64,000 nucleotides of DNA from assembly GCF_002113885.1 (NCBI RefSeq), contig NW_018405229.1:96086-160085 (forward strand). The letters run 5' to 3'. Shown piece by piece: positions 41,366-54,713 of this stretch. Source of the DNA: Mizuhopecten yessoensis (taxonomy: Eukaryota). The position numbers were made by a program, and so were the translations under genes. The notes beneath the pieces were generated by a model. The model saw only the letters and a list, made by a program, of their open reading frames with translations, did no database searches and had not been told where the DNA came from. Within the stretch, counting starts at the first letter, position 1. The number at the start of each line of letters is the position of its first letter.

Positions 41366-44321
41366 AATGCCGTGATGTGACTAGTCTATAAATAAAAAAG
41401 TGACACAGACCTGAATATATTAATATATAATATCATATTTCAGGTTTGGTAAGGGAAACATTCATGTAACGAATCTAAAGCTCTTACAAACTCTATTTAA
41501 GAAAGGAAATAAGTGATGCAGATAATAATTCCCAATCGTTACTCAAGACGAAATCAGTGAAACAATCAAATGTTGTCTGGTTGTATATGCATAAAATAAA
41601 ACTTTATTTTTGTGTAATACAAATAATGTACCAATAATCTATAACGGTCTATCACAACGAACAGTTATTGATCTTAACTTCTAGTTACACAAGCCCCAGT
41701 TTATCTAGTTTATCTTGTACTTATCACATTATGGATTTCTCTTTCGGTTTATCCATAAATTAATGACTTGATCATGCATTTATGAAACCGCTCATCCCCT
41801 GTTTTTCATTTCCTTGATCATTGAAAGTTTTTTTTGCAAAACCAAAGTTCCGAATACTTTTTTAAATGTTTACGCTCGACTTGATGACCGTGTTACATGA
41901 ATAAAGTGACCTAAAAAACAGTTGGCTTGATCACAAAATCCATGCTTGAGCATGAGAACGGTTTCATGAGTATGGGCCCTGGTCACAGCGACATTCGGCT
42001 ATATGTCTCGATGAGTATTGCTCAGACTGTGTTCGTAAATTATGATTATTTCTCATTTGCAGTCTGCAAAATGTGAAGCAGTATACAAATAAACAAATTT
42101 GATTTAATATATACCGTGTAAAATCAAAAGCACTTCTACTCATTAGGACATTCTGTTATTTTTCTGTAATATATCTTCGTTTTATCTTTTATCAACGTGG
42201 ACATTGTTTCGGTTTTCGGAATGTCCAGTTTTTATTGTTCGAATTATTATCACAAATAACTATTCTTCGTTCAATATTAAATCGAATCAAAACCGGATGA
42301 AAAAACCCCAGATAATTTAAATTTAAATAATGACATATTTTTGCTTCATCGTGTACAATAATTCGAAATGAACATTTACTTTAAAGTTGTTTTTTAGAAT
42401 TGTAATTCTAATTACATTTCTGCGTAAAAATGACAGTTTTTATTATCGAGTCTGAATTCCCCGTTACATGCAGAACATTCACACTCCCCAAAGTTCGTTC
42501 TGACAAGGATTCGTCGAGGGGACAAGGTTCGTTCTGACAAGGATTCGTCGAGGGGACAAGGTTGCTCGTATGCACACTGCCGGGACTCTAACCAGGGGAT
42601 GCAATATATATGGAAATCACATGTAAATGGGCAAGGAATGTCTCGGTACGTTATGGGGACTCCAGGACAAGTTAAGCCTCGTGCCTTTTCTCAATCAACC
42701 CGCTAGTGTTTGAGTACTCTCCCGATTTGTTTTTTAAACATGACATTTTACATCGAAATAAGCTCCTTTAAATTAGCTTTTCGTGTATTTGTGTATAGAA
42801 TCCAGTGATTTCCATTACTATCGTAACAAGGTATTACTATACAATACTATCTAATCTCAGATCACCATTAATCAAGTCATACTTACTTACTATGCATTCG
42901 TCAGAAATATACATTTAATCAATAAACATATGTTTATATATTAGAATAATTGTTCTTTGATCATAATGTTAGTATTGATGAATTGTAGCTCGACATTTGT
43001 ATAAAATCTATTTATTGTAGAGTTCTGAATAAAGATTGATACATAAATTTTGATTTCGATTTCACGTTTATCTAATAGTAAAAGACAAAAGAGCTACTTT
43101 GTAGTTAGAGCACTACTGATTTCCGCACACCACATATAAGAATTTGTCTGATAGATTGACGGGTTAGTTATAATAAATATATTCATGTTGTACCGTTAAG
43201 TCCACTGTAAGCCATCAGCGGTTAAATTTCAACTATATAGGGGTATTAGGATAGGCTTCCCTACTGTCAGCTTGAAGTATCAGCTATCTACTATAACTAT
43301 TACATTTATCTGGATGAATCGATTTGTACATCTTTCCTTGTTATTTTAACAACTTATCTTTACTTATTATACTGTTGCAGAATGGTTTCCATCGTTACAT
43401 TACTCGCCATGAATAGACATATGATCAACGTGTCTTTGATAATAGGTGACATGCTCTCCTTTTACAGGAAAAACAGACAAATACAATACAGGATGCCGAC
43501 GTTGTATAAATTACAAGTATCTTTTTTAATTGCTTTATCAAATGTGAAAGATACGAGACTATGAAAAACTAATTGGCTTAAAATTGTTGTTGCTTGATTA
43601 GCATGATTAGAAATGTCGTACAAAATATTTGTATTCTACTAGGACATCTCATACAGCACGTCATGTGCAATGTTTTGTAAAAAGAAAAGAAAAATACCTT
43701 AGAAGTTGAGACTATGGGTAATATGTTCGGCTTGTAGTTTCGTCGATAGCTAATGGGCTGATAACTAGTGTGCAAATACAAGGAAACAAGAGAATACCGA
43801 AATGTAAACAAACTCGTAATTCATACTGAAAAACAAATGATGGACTAATAATACATGTATATGGATACTCTAGATAAAATACAAGGAGCCCAAGACCTAA
43901 TATAACGAAAGATCAATCATTATAACCAAAATCACTTAGAACACAAAGACGTCGATATTCATTTCAAACAAATATGTTTTTTTTCAATGAGATCATGATT
44001 GCGATAACAAAGCCTGCCGATAATCTTCAAATAAACTTAATGTGAATGCCAATCGCCTGATGAAAAATCCTGCGATCGAACTTTATTACGACAGACGACT
44101 GTTAATTCAAAGCAAGGACTAATGAATGTTTGTTTAGGTAATTCAAAACAAAAAAATATATTAAACACCTTTTATCAAAGTGTTAACACATAAGCACAAA
44201 CATATAAACAACACGTAGATGTCCACACATGCAGTTTTATTTATGTTGAATTTGCAGTCGAATATATTACTGTTAATTGTAAGTTAATAGGTATTTTAAC
44301 CTACTTCCAATTTATGTTTAG

Positions 44322-44460
44322 GTACGAGGTGCTTGGATTGCAGCATGCCAGCGGTCTGGAGGATGTTGGCGGCGTCAATTGGATCCTGTGTCTTTGTCTC
44401 CTAGGCGTTTTTGTCCTGGTATATTTCGCTATGTGGAAAGGCGTTAAAAGCTCTGGCAAG
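44322..44460 (+). CDS. SLC6A4: SERT coding exon 4 (end of EL2, TM4)
   Basis: Acceptor tttatgtttag; YEVLGLQHASGLEDVGGVNWILCLCLLGVFVLVYFAMWKGVKSSGK; donor AAG|GTAAAG; 139 nt. Confidence 0.96.
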
Positions 44461-44964
44461 GTAAAGTCTTTTCTTCGCCAGTTGTTACTACCAATAGGAG
44501 ATCAGACAGTGGGACCAAATGATTAATGCAGAGGTAAAAACGAATGGAACAAACCAGTGCGAAAACGCAGTTAAAGAATAAGGAAATAACAAATTCAGCG
44601 GAACATAGAGTATACATATAATAGAAATAGTAGGTGAAGCCAGATTTAATAACTTTAAAATACAGGTAATACAAATAAAAAGGGAGCACGAATAAATACA
44701 TCAAGGGGTAAATAAATGGGGGGTTTCAAGATAAATATAGAAAGAAAAAAGAAAGAAAGAAAAACGACAAAAAACGGCTCATAACTGAAAAAGATACACG
44801 ATGGAAAAAATAAGGGAATACAGAGAGAATGAAAACAGGATACGTGCAGTAAAAAAAGAAGGGGGAAACTGAGCGTAAAGCATTAAGATCACATCGATTA
44901 TATATGTTCCCAAATTAGTATATATAACATCAAAATGTAATTTTACATAAGATAAATAACATAA

Positions 44965-47900
44965 ATGTTAACAGGGCATTAGATATATCCTGATACTAGA
45001 GCTGGCTTTGTATAAAAGTGTCCTATGTTAGCGGGGCATTAGAGATATCCTGATACTTGAGCTGGCTTTGTATAAAGGGGTCCTATGTTAACAGGTTGTT
45101 AGAGATATCCTGATACTAGAGCTGGCTTTATATAAAGTGTCCTATGTAAGCAGGGCATTAGAGATATCCTGATACTACAGCTGGCTTTGTATAAAAGTGT
45201 CCTATATTAACGGGACATTAGAGATATCCTGATACTAGAGCTGGCTTTATATAAAGTGTCCTATGTAAGCAGGGCATTAGAGATATCCTGATACTACAGC
45301 TGGCTTTGTATAAAAGTGTCCTATATTAACGGGACATTAGAGATATCCTGATACTAGAGCTGACTTTGTATAAAAGTGTCCTATGTTAACGGGGCATTAG
45401 AGATATCCTGATACTTGAGCTGGCTTTGTATAAAGGTGTCCTATGTTAACAGGTTGTTAGAGATATCCTGATACAAGAGCTCGCTTTGTATAAAAGTGTC
45501 CTATGTTAGCAGGGCATTAGGGATATCCTGATACTAGAGCTCGCTTTGTATAAAAGTGCCCTATGTTAACAGGGCATTAGAGATATCCTGATGCTAGAGC
45601 TCTCTTTGTATAAAAGTGTCCTATGTTAACGGGGCATTAGAGATATCCTGATACTAGAGCTGGCTTTGTATAAAGTGTCCTATGTAAGCAGGGCATTAGA
45701 GATATCCTGATACTAGAGCTCGCTTTGTATAAAAGTGTCCTATGTTAGCAGGGCATTAGAGATATCCTGAAACTAGAGCTGGCTTTGTATAAAAGTGTCC
45801 TAAGTTAGCAGGGCATTAGAGATATCCTGATGCTAGAGCTGACTTTGTATAAAAGTGTCCTATGTTAACGGGGCATAAGAGATATCCTGATACTAGAGCT
45901 GGCTTTGTATATAGTGTCCTATGTTAGCAGGGCATTAGATATATCCTGATACTAGAGTTGACTTTGTATAAAAATGTCCTATGTTAACAGGGCATTAGAG
46001 ATATCCTGATGCTAGAGTTGACTTTGTATAAAAGTGTCCTCTGTTAACAAGGCATGAGAGATATCCTGATACTAGAGCTGGCTTTGTATAAAGTGTCCTA
46101 TGCTAGCAGGGCATTAGAGATATCCTGATGCTAGAGCTGGCTTTGTATAAAAATGTCCTATGTAAACAGGGCATTAGAGATATCCTGATGCTATAGTTGA
46201 CTTTGTATAAAAGTGTCCTCTGTTAACAAGGCATGAGAGATATCCTGATACAAGAGCTGGCTTTGTATAAAAGTGCCCTATGTCAACGGGGCATTAGAGA
46301 TATCCTGATACTAGAGCTGGCTTTGTATAAAGGTGTCCTATGTTAACAGGGCATTAGAGATATCCTGATACAAGAGCTGGCTTTGTATAAAAGTGCCCTA
46401 TGTTAACGGGGCATTAGAGATATCCTGATACTAAAGCTGACTTTGTATAAAAGTGCCCTATGTCAACGGGGCATTAGAGATATCCGGATACTAGAGCTGG
46501 CTTTGTATAGAAGTGTCATATCCTGATACAAGAGCTGGCTTTGTATAAAAGTGCCCTATGTCAACGGGGCATTAGAGATATCCGGATACTAGAGCTGGCT
46601 TTGTATAAACGGGTCCTATGTTAACAGGGCATTAGAGATATCCTGATAGTAGAGCTGGCTTTGTATAAACATGTCCTATATAAACGGGCATTAGAGATAT
46701 CCTGATACTAGAGCTGGCTTTGTATAAAAGTGTCCTATGTTGGCTTTGTATATAGTGTCCTATGTTAACGGGGCATTATAGATATCCTGATACGAGAGCT
46801 GGCTTTGTATAAAGGTGTCCTATGTTAACAGGGAATTAGAGATATCCTGATACTACAGCTGGATTTGTATATAGTGTCCTATGTTAACGGGGCATTAGAG
46901 ATATCCTGATACGAGAGCTGGCTTTGTATAAAGGTGTCCTATGTTAACAGGGCATTAGAGATATCCTGATAGTAGAGCTGGCTTTGTATAAACATGTCCT
47001 ATATAAACGGGCATTAGACATATCCTGATACTAGAGCTGGCTTTGTATTAAGGTGTCCTATGTTAACAGGGCATTAGAGATATCCTGATACTACAGCTGG
47101 CTTTGCATAAAAGTGTCCTATATTAACGGGGCATTAGAGATATCCTGATACGAGAGCTGGCTTTGTATAAAGGTGTCCTATGTTAACAGGGCATTAGAGA
47201 TATACTGATAGTAGAGCTGGCTTTGTATAAACGTGTCATATATTAACGGGGCATTAGAGATATTCTGATACTAGAGCTGACTTTATACAAAAGTGTCCTA
47301 TGTTAACAGGTTGTTAGATATATCCTGATACTACAGCTGGCTTTGTATAAAGGTGTCCTATGTTAACAGGGCATTACAGATATCCTGATACTACAGCTGG
47401 CTTTGCATAAAAGTGTCCTATATTAACGGGGCATAGAGATATCCTGATACGAGAGCTGGCTTTGTATAAAGGTGTCCTATGTTAACAGGGCATTAGAGAT
47501 ATCCTGATAGTAGAGCTGGCTTTGTATAAACGTGTCCTATATTAACGGGGCATTAGAGATATTCTGATACTAGAGCTGACTTTATATAAAAGTGTCCTAT
47601 GTTAACAGCTTGTTAGAGATATCCTGATACTACAGCTGGCTTTGTATAAAGGTGTAGGGCATTAGAGATATCCTGATGCTAGAGCTGGCTTTGTATAAAG
47701 GTGTCCATTGTAAACGGGGCATTAGAGATATCCTGATGCTAGAGCTGGCTTTGTATAAAGGTGTCCATTGTAAACGGGGCATTAGAGATATCCTGATGCT
47801 AGAGTTGACTTTGTATAAAAGTGTCCTATGTTAGCGGGGCATTAGAAATATCCTGATACTAGAGCTGGCTTTGAATAAAAGTGTCCTATGTTAACGGGGC

Positions 47901-49621
47901 ATTAAAGATATCCTGATACTAGAGCTGGCTTTGTATAGAGTGTCCTATGTTAACTGGGCATGAGAGATATTCTGATACTAGAGCTGGCTTTGTATAAAGG
48001 TGTCCTATATTAACAGGGCATTAGAGATATCCTGATACTAGAGCTGGCTTTGTATAAAGGTGTCCCATGTTAACAGGGCTTTAGAGATATCCTGATACAA
48101 GGGCTGGCTTTGTATAAAAGTGTCCTATGTTAACGGGGCATTAGAGATATCCTGATACTAGAGCTGGCTTTGTATAAAGGTGTCCATTGTAAACGGGGCA
48201 TTAGAGATATCCTGATACTAGAGCTGACTTTGTATAAAAGTGTCCTATGTTAACAGGGCATAAGAGATATCCTGATACTAGAGCTGACTTTGTATAAAAG
48301 TGTCCTATGTTAGCGGGGCATTAGAAATATCCTGATACTAGAGCTGGCTTTGTATAAAGGTGTCCTATGTTAACGGGGCATAAGAGATATTCTGATACTA
48401 GAGCTTGCTTTGTATAAAAGTGTCCTATGTTAGCAGGGCATTAGAGATATCCAGATACAAGAGCTGACTTTGTATAAAAGTGTCCTATGTTAGCAGGGCA
48501 TTAGAGATATCCAGATACTAGAGCTGACTTTGTATAAACGTGTCCGATGTTAACGGGGCATTAGAGATATCCTGAGACTAGAGTTGACTTTGTATAAAAG
48601 TGTCCTAAGTTAGCAGGGCATTAGAGATATCCTGATACTAGAGCTGACTTTGTATAAAAGTGTCCGATGTTAACGGGGCATTAGAGATATCCTGATACTA
48701 GAGTTGACTTTGTATAAAAGTGTCCTATGTTAACGGGGCATTAGAGATATCCTGATACTTGAGCTGGCTTTGTATAAAAGTGACCTATGTTAACGGGGCA
48801 TTAGAGATATCCTTATACTAGAGCTGGCTTTGTATAAAAGTGTCCTATGTTAACGGGGCATTAGAGATATCCTGATACTAGAGTTGACTTTGTATATAGT
48901 GTCCTATGTTAACGGGGCATTAGAGATATCCTGATACTAGAGCTGGCTTTGTATAAAAGTGTCCTATGTTAACGAGGCATTAGAGATATCCTGATACTAG
49001 AGCTGGCTTTGTATAAAGTGTCCTTTGTTAGCAGGGCATTTTAAAACCCTGATACTAGAGCTGGCTTTGTATAAAGTGTCCTATGTTAACTGGGCATGAG
49101 AGATATTCTGATACTAGAGCTGGCTTTGTATAAAGGTGTCCTATGTTAGCAGGGCATTAGAGATATTCTGATACTACAGCTGGCTATGTACAAAAGTGTC
49201 CTATGTTAACGGGGCATTAGAGATATCCTGATACTAGAGCTGGCTTTGTATAAAGGTGTCCTATGTTAGCAGGGCATTAGAGATATTCTGATACTAGAGC
49301 TGGCTTTGTATTAAAGTGTCCTATGTTAACGGGGCATTAGAGATATCCTGATACAAGGGCTGGCTTTGTATAAAAGTGTCCTATGTTAACAGGTTGTTAG
49401 AGATATCCTGATACTAGAGCTGGCTTTGTTTATAGTGTCCTATGTTAGCAGGGCATTAGAAAATCCTGATACTAGAGCTGGCTTTGTTTATAGTGTCCTA
49501 TGTTAGCAGGGCATTAGATATTACCTGATACTACATCTGGCTTTGTATAAAAGTGTCCTATGTTAACGGGGCATTAGAGATATCCTTATACTAGAGCTGG
49601 CTTTGTATAAAAGTGTCCTAT
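44965..49621. repeat. 59-60-bp satellite (gtgtcctatgttaacggggcattagagatatcctgatactagagctggctttgtataaaa), ~78 units, intron 4
   Basis: Direct inspection; fills most of intron 4. Confidence 0.98.
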
Positions 49622-49944
49622 TCTACAGGTGTTGGTTTTAAGAGACAGTGATATTTTAAAAAAATATATAAAATTATTACCGGATAATTGATTATTTCAA
49701 TATCCATCAGCTTGTTATAAATCATATATATTTAATGTTAATTTATTAATTACATCACACTGAACATGTAGGTGTACGATTATTGTCAAAAGGAAAGATT
49801 TGATTGAATTTTGCCTGGCGGACAGACATTTGAATTGAATCGTATGTAGTATAGTAAGACAATGTATGACTATTTATTATGGTTCAGGGTGCTGCAGACG
49901 ATATTGTTGAATGTGTTGTAATGCGGTCTTATCTTGTATTGTAG

Positions 49945-50079
49945 GCTGTGTGGGTCACTGCTACCATGCCATACGTTGTGCTACTGATCCTGCTGGTCCG
50001 AGGCTGTATGTTGGAGGGGGCCGACAGAGGAATATTCTACTATATTCGCCCAGTGTGGAGCAAACTCGGCGACAAAAGC
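49945..50079 (+). CDS. SLC6A4: SERT coding exon 5 (TM5)
   Basis: Acceptor tcttgtattgtag; [45 protein letters not shown]; donor AGC|GTAAGT; 135 nt. Confidence 0.96.
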
Positions 50080-50926
50080 GTAAGTCACTACAGACCTCCA
50101 CATACAAACCAATCAGCGAACAATAGTATAAGTTCATGAACTATATCTAGTTCACTAAGCGAGACAAAATACAAATGTTCACATTTATCTGTCTGAAGTA
50201 AACTCAACAACAAACGTAAGACAACCCTAACCCATAATGAGAGAAACATCGACCTTTATATCAGACAGAAACAACCTATTTCCGTGCAACCATAGTTAAT
50301 ACTTGTCCATAGGAGTTATCAACCTGCACACATGGAAACCCTGTGTTGTAAGTTTGTCCATAAACTGTCGACATCTATCGCCGAATCGGTCACCAAATCT
50401 AAAGAAAGGGAAAATTTACGATAGGAGAGTCGAAATTGTCTTGCTTAGCATACAACTTAGTAATAAACCGACCCTGACGGCCAGGTTGAAAGTAAATTTC
50501 GAGGAAAGAGGCCAACGTAGATGAGTCATTTATTTCAAGTTCTGGAGAGTATATACTTTCGTGATCAGTAATTTCTTTTGATTCAAAGACAGCCCAGAAT
50601 CATGTTTTTCTATTTATCATATTTGTCAATCAAATTCAAGAACTTGGCCCGGCTTTTGTTGCAATTCCTGATAGGCTCATTAATTAATTCAGTTTTACAT
50701 GAAAACATAGACAAATCGGCCAGTAGAAGGGGCGCAGTTGGTTCCGAAAAGGAATGCCTGCAGTCTCCTGGATAATATTAACATCGAACTCAGCAAAGAT
50801 ATTGTCGACCAGGAGCTCAGTTATTTCATTTTGGCCTTTTGCTGTTTTTTCTTTTGTCCTATGTTTTATAAAATTTACTCCAACATAGTTTACACCCATA
50901 TATTTATATCGCCGTTCGCATTTATT

Positions 50927-51400
50927 GGCGCGGATTGGTCGAGTGGTAAACACTTCGGCCTTCCACGCAGGCGCCTGAGGTTCGATCCCCGATGTCTTCG
51001 CACGCATGTAATATCAGAGAAAGTGTTTTTCTCCTGCCCACACAACTCCAACATTCCAGGTGGAGTATAAAATGGTCTGGGGTTGATGTTGCGGTATCTG
51101 TGCTGTAGCATTCAAGTGAGCTGGCGTTATAAAAGATGCCGTTGGAAGCCCGGTCCCACTACAAACAAAACACAATACATCCCCAGCACACACGCAGGCA
51201 CACACACATAGGGAGATATTAGCCAGATGGCATATGACTAGTAGTTAGCGCTTGATAAGGCAGCTCCTGCGAATTCCTCAAAAACTGTATATCCTAATTG
51301 TATTAATTGTATATCTATGTACTGTAAAGCGCTTTAGAGTGGCTTATGTTAGCCAGATAGGGCGCTATATCAAATGTTGTATGCTATTATATATTATTAT
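50927..51400 (+). mobile_element. tRNA-Gly-derived SINE, copy 2 (intron 5)
   Basis: Colinear with 40891-41365 over its whole length. Confidence 0.9.
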
Positions 51401-51753
51401 ATTTCTTTAAAAAAGTTATGTTTCATAACAAGAGAACAACTACAAACTAGACGATAACTAATATTTAAAACAAAATCTTGTCAGGTAAGTAAATCAAATA
51501 ATATCAATATGAATAACTCATGATGCGTATATATGTTACAACACATTGATTCTATATTTTTTATCATTTTTAGTATATTCTTTGAGCAATAGAGGTGATT
51601 CATTGCAGTGTACTAAAATATTAAGCTTTTCCAAATTATATACAATGATCGAACATGTACTAAGTTAACATTTTAAAAAACTGCAAACTTAATTTATCAA
51701 ATTTAATGTAAAATTCTACATACTTACATATGACAAACACGTGTTTTCTGTAG

Positions 51754-51857
51754 ATTTGGATTTCGGCGGCAGCTCAAGTGTTCTTTTCCTTGGGACCCGG
51801 ATTCGGTGTTTTGCTTGCTTTATCTAGTTACAACAAACTCAACAACAACTGTTACAA
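51754..51857 (+). CDS. SLC6A4: SERT coding exon 6 (TM6)
   Basis: Acceptor gtgttttctgtag; [34 protein letters not shown](K); donor CAA|GTAAGT; 104 nt. Confidence 0.96.
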
Positions 51858-53391
51858 GTAAGTGCTGTTAGTATTCAACAACAATTGTTACAAGTAAGTG
51901 CTGTTAGTATTCAACAACAACTGTTACAAGTACGTGCTGTTAGTATTCAACAACATCTGTTACAAGTAATTGCTGTTAGTATTCAACAACAAGTGTTACA
52001 AGTAAGTGCTGTTAGTATTCAACAACATCTGTTACAAGTAAGTGCTGTTTGTATTCAACAACATCTGTTACAAGTAATTGCTGTTAGTATTCAACAACAA
52101 GTGTCACAAGTAAGTGCTGTTAGTATTCAACAACTGTTACTAGAAAGTGCTGTTAGTATTCAACAACAACTGTTACAAGTACGTGCTGTTAGTATTCAAC
52201 AACATATGTTTCAAGTAAGTGCTGTTAGTATCCAACAACAAGTGTTACAAGGAATTGCTGTTAGTATTCAACACAATTGTTACAAGTAAGTGCTGTTAGT
52301 ATTCAACGACAACTGTTACAAGTAAGTGCTGTTAGTATTCAACGACAACTGTTACAAGTAAGTGCTGTTAGTATTCAACAACAACTGTTACAAGTAAGTG
52401 CTGTTAGTTTTCAACAACAAGTGTTACAAGTAAGTGCTGTTAGTATTCAACGACAACTGTTACAAGTAAGTGCTATTAGTATTCAACAACAACTGTTACA
52501 AGTAAGTGCTGTTAGTATTCAACAACATATGTTTCAAGTAAGTGCTGTTAGTATCCAACAACAAGTGTTACAAGGAATTGCTGTTAGTATTCAACACAAT
52601 TGTTACAAGTAAGTGCTGTTAGTATTCAACAACAAGTGTTACAAGTAAGTGCTGTTAGTGTTCAACAACATCTGTTACAAGTAAGTGCTGTTTGTATTCA
52701 ACAACAGCTGTTACAAGGAATTGCTGTTAGTATTCAACAACAAGTGTTACAAGTAAGTGCTGTCAGTATTCAACAACAACGGTTACAAGTAAGTGCTGTT
52801 AGTATTCAACGACAACTGTTACAAGTAAGTGCTGTTAGTATTCAACGACAACTGTTACAAGTAAGTGCTGTTAGTATGCAACAACAAGTGTTACAAGTAA
52901 GTGCTGTTAGTGTTCAACAACAACTGTTACAAGTAAGTGCTGTTAGTTCAACAACAAGTGTTACAAGTAAGTGCTGTTAGTATTCAACGACAACTGTTAC
53001 AAGTAAGTGCTGTTAGTATTCAACAACAACTGTTACAAGTAAGTGCCGTTAGTATTCAACAACAAGTGCTACAAGTAAGTGCTGTTAGTATTCAACAACA
53101 AGTGTTACAAGTAAGTGCTGTAAGTATTCAAAAACATCTGTAACAAGTAAGTGCTGTTAGTATTCAACAACAACTGTTACAAGTAAGTGCCGTTAGTAGT
53201 CAACAACAAGTGCTACAAGTAAGTGCTGTTAGTATTCAACAACGAGTGTTACAAGTAAGTGCTGTTAGTATTCAACAACATCTGTTACAAGTAAGTGCTG
53301 TTAGTATTCAACAACAACTGTTACAAGTAAGTGCTGTTAGTATTCAACAACAGCTGTTACAAGTAAGTGCTGTTAGTATTCAACAACAACT
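51858..53391 (+). repeat. 36-bp tandem array derived from the exon 6/intron 6 junction, ~43 units
   Basis: Unit caacaacaactgttacaa|gtaagtgctgttagtatt = last 18 exon nt plus first 18 intron nt. Confidence 0.98.
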
Positions 53392-54216
53392 TTTGTAAAT
53401 AATTGCTATGACAATCGTCTAACTGTGTCTGTCGTTGGTTAATGCTTTGTTTCATATCGTAAACATATTTGAGAGCATTCGAAATGTTTGAAGTCTGAAA
53501 ACAAGAAATGACCTTATAACGATAAAAGTTTTCATGTATCTGGTTTAAGTGCGAAATACCTTTGAACCTCTGCCTTTGCCTAAAGGAGATTAATTAAATT
53601 GTTCATAAATGCAAGAAAACGATTACATGCATAAATAGATTTAGCTGTAGGATTTAGCAGTAGGAAAACCTTGTGATGAACGTGTAACGGGAGGTAAATC
53701 GTAAGATTCGATAGCTTTGCAATTTCCACAGCATTGGTGCTTACTGGATATGTTTGTTAGTGGTAGAGATCTGAAAAGCTGTTGTGATAGATTTCATGCA
53801 TGAGATCAACGGCAGATGTAAACATACAAAGAATGATCCCGTCAGCACTGTATGAGTGAAACGTCACAATGAATCCTAAAACTGCCATTTCTAATTAGGC
53901 TACGGTACTAAGATCTAATTAGGCTACGGTACTAAGATTTAATGAAAACTGTATTAGATCAAATACTATATGAGAATGTCAAATCATTTTAAAATGTTTT
54001 TGAATTTAGGTAAGAATTGTTTTAAAGAAAACATTCCAGCTACATGAATAATGCTTGCTCATTAACTGCCTTGATAAATAACAAAAGCAATGGGTATAGT
54101 ATCAAAGTTATAGTTATGATATACGCTGAACGAGACACTGAAAGTTAAACTATCGCCCAGTGTTTTAATTTATATCGTAATATCTTAACCTTTTTAACTT
54201 AACTTATCATCTGTAG

Positions 54217-54341
54217 AGATGCCTTGATCACGAGTGGAATCAACTGCGCGACGAGTTTCCTGGCGGGGTTCGCCGTGTTTTCTGTACTGGGCCATATGTC
54301 CTTCGTACAGGACAGACCTGTGGAAGATGTCGCCCGAGATG
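54217..54341 (+). CDS. SLC6A4: SERT coding exon 7 (TM7, EL4)
   Basis: Acceptor cttatcatctgtag; DALITSGINCATSFLAGFAVFSVLGHMSFVQDRPVEDVARD; donor G|GTTAGT; 125 nt. Confidence 0.95.
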
Positions 54342-54600
54342 GTTAGTAGGATTTTCATGAGATTATTGGGATATTTGCAGTGTCTTCGTGTGCTATGATG
54401 CTCGATGTGTTTTTACATTTTCGTATTATGCTTGTTTCTGTGCATAGTTAACTCCTTAGTGTTAATTTCTCATTGTTGCTCCCTACATTGTTCTGTTCTC
54501 TAGGTTTGTATCTGAATATTCAATTACTCAGTATTCATATTCTAACAAACAGTCATTTTTTCTGGTTGATAATTCTACTGTTTCATGTTCTTACTTTCAG

Positions 54601-54713
54601 ATGTCGGGCTGATCTTCATAGTGTACCCCGAGGCTATATCCTCCCTCAATTTCTCTACCTTCTGGGCGTTACTCTTCTTTTTCATGCTCATCACCCTCGG
54701 ACTCGACACGACG
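54601..54713 (+). CDS. SLC6A4: SERT coding exon 8 (EL4, TM8)
   Basis: Acceptor ttcttactttcag; [38 protein letters not shown]; donor ACG|GTAAAC; 113 nt. Confidence 0.95.

Noticed and set aside
44965-49650. 60-bp array as an amplified splice acceptor (…gttaacag|gg, ending ttctacag|gtg) before an alternative exon 5
   Set aside because: Many units lack the AG (aacggg), the pyrimidine tract is poor, and the sequence after the last unit has no SLC6 similarity; the true acceptor is at 49944.
51885-53398. Gln-rich ORFs ([12 protein letters not shown])n
   Set aside because: Alternative frame of the 36-bp donor array, broken by indels; the SERT frame stops immediately after the donor.
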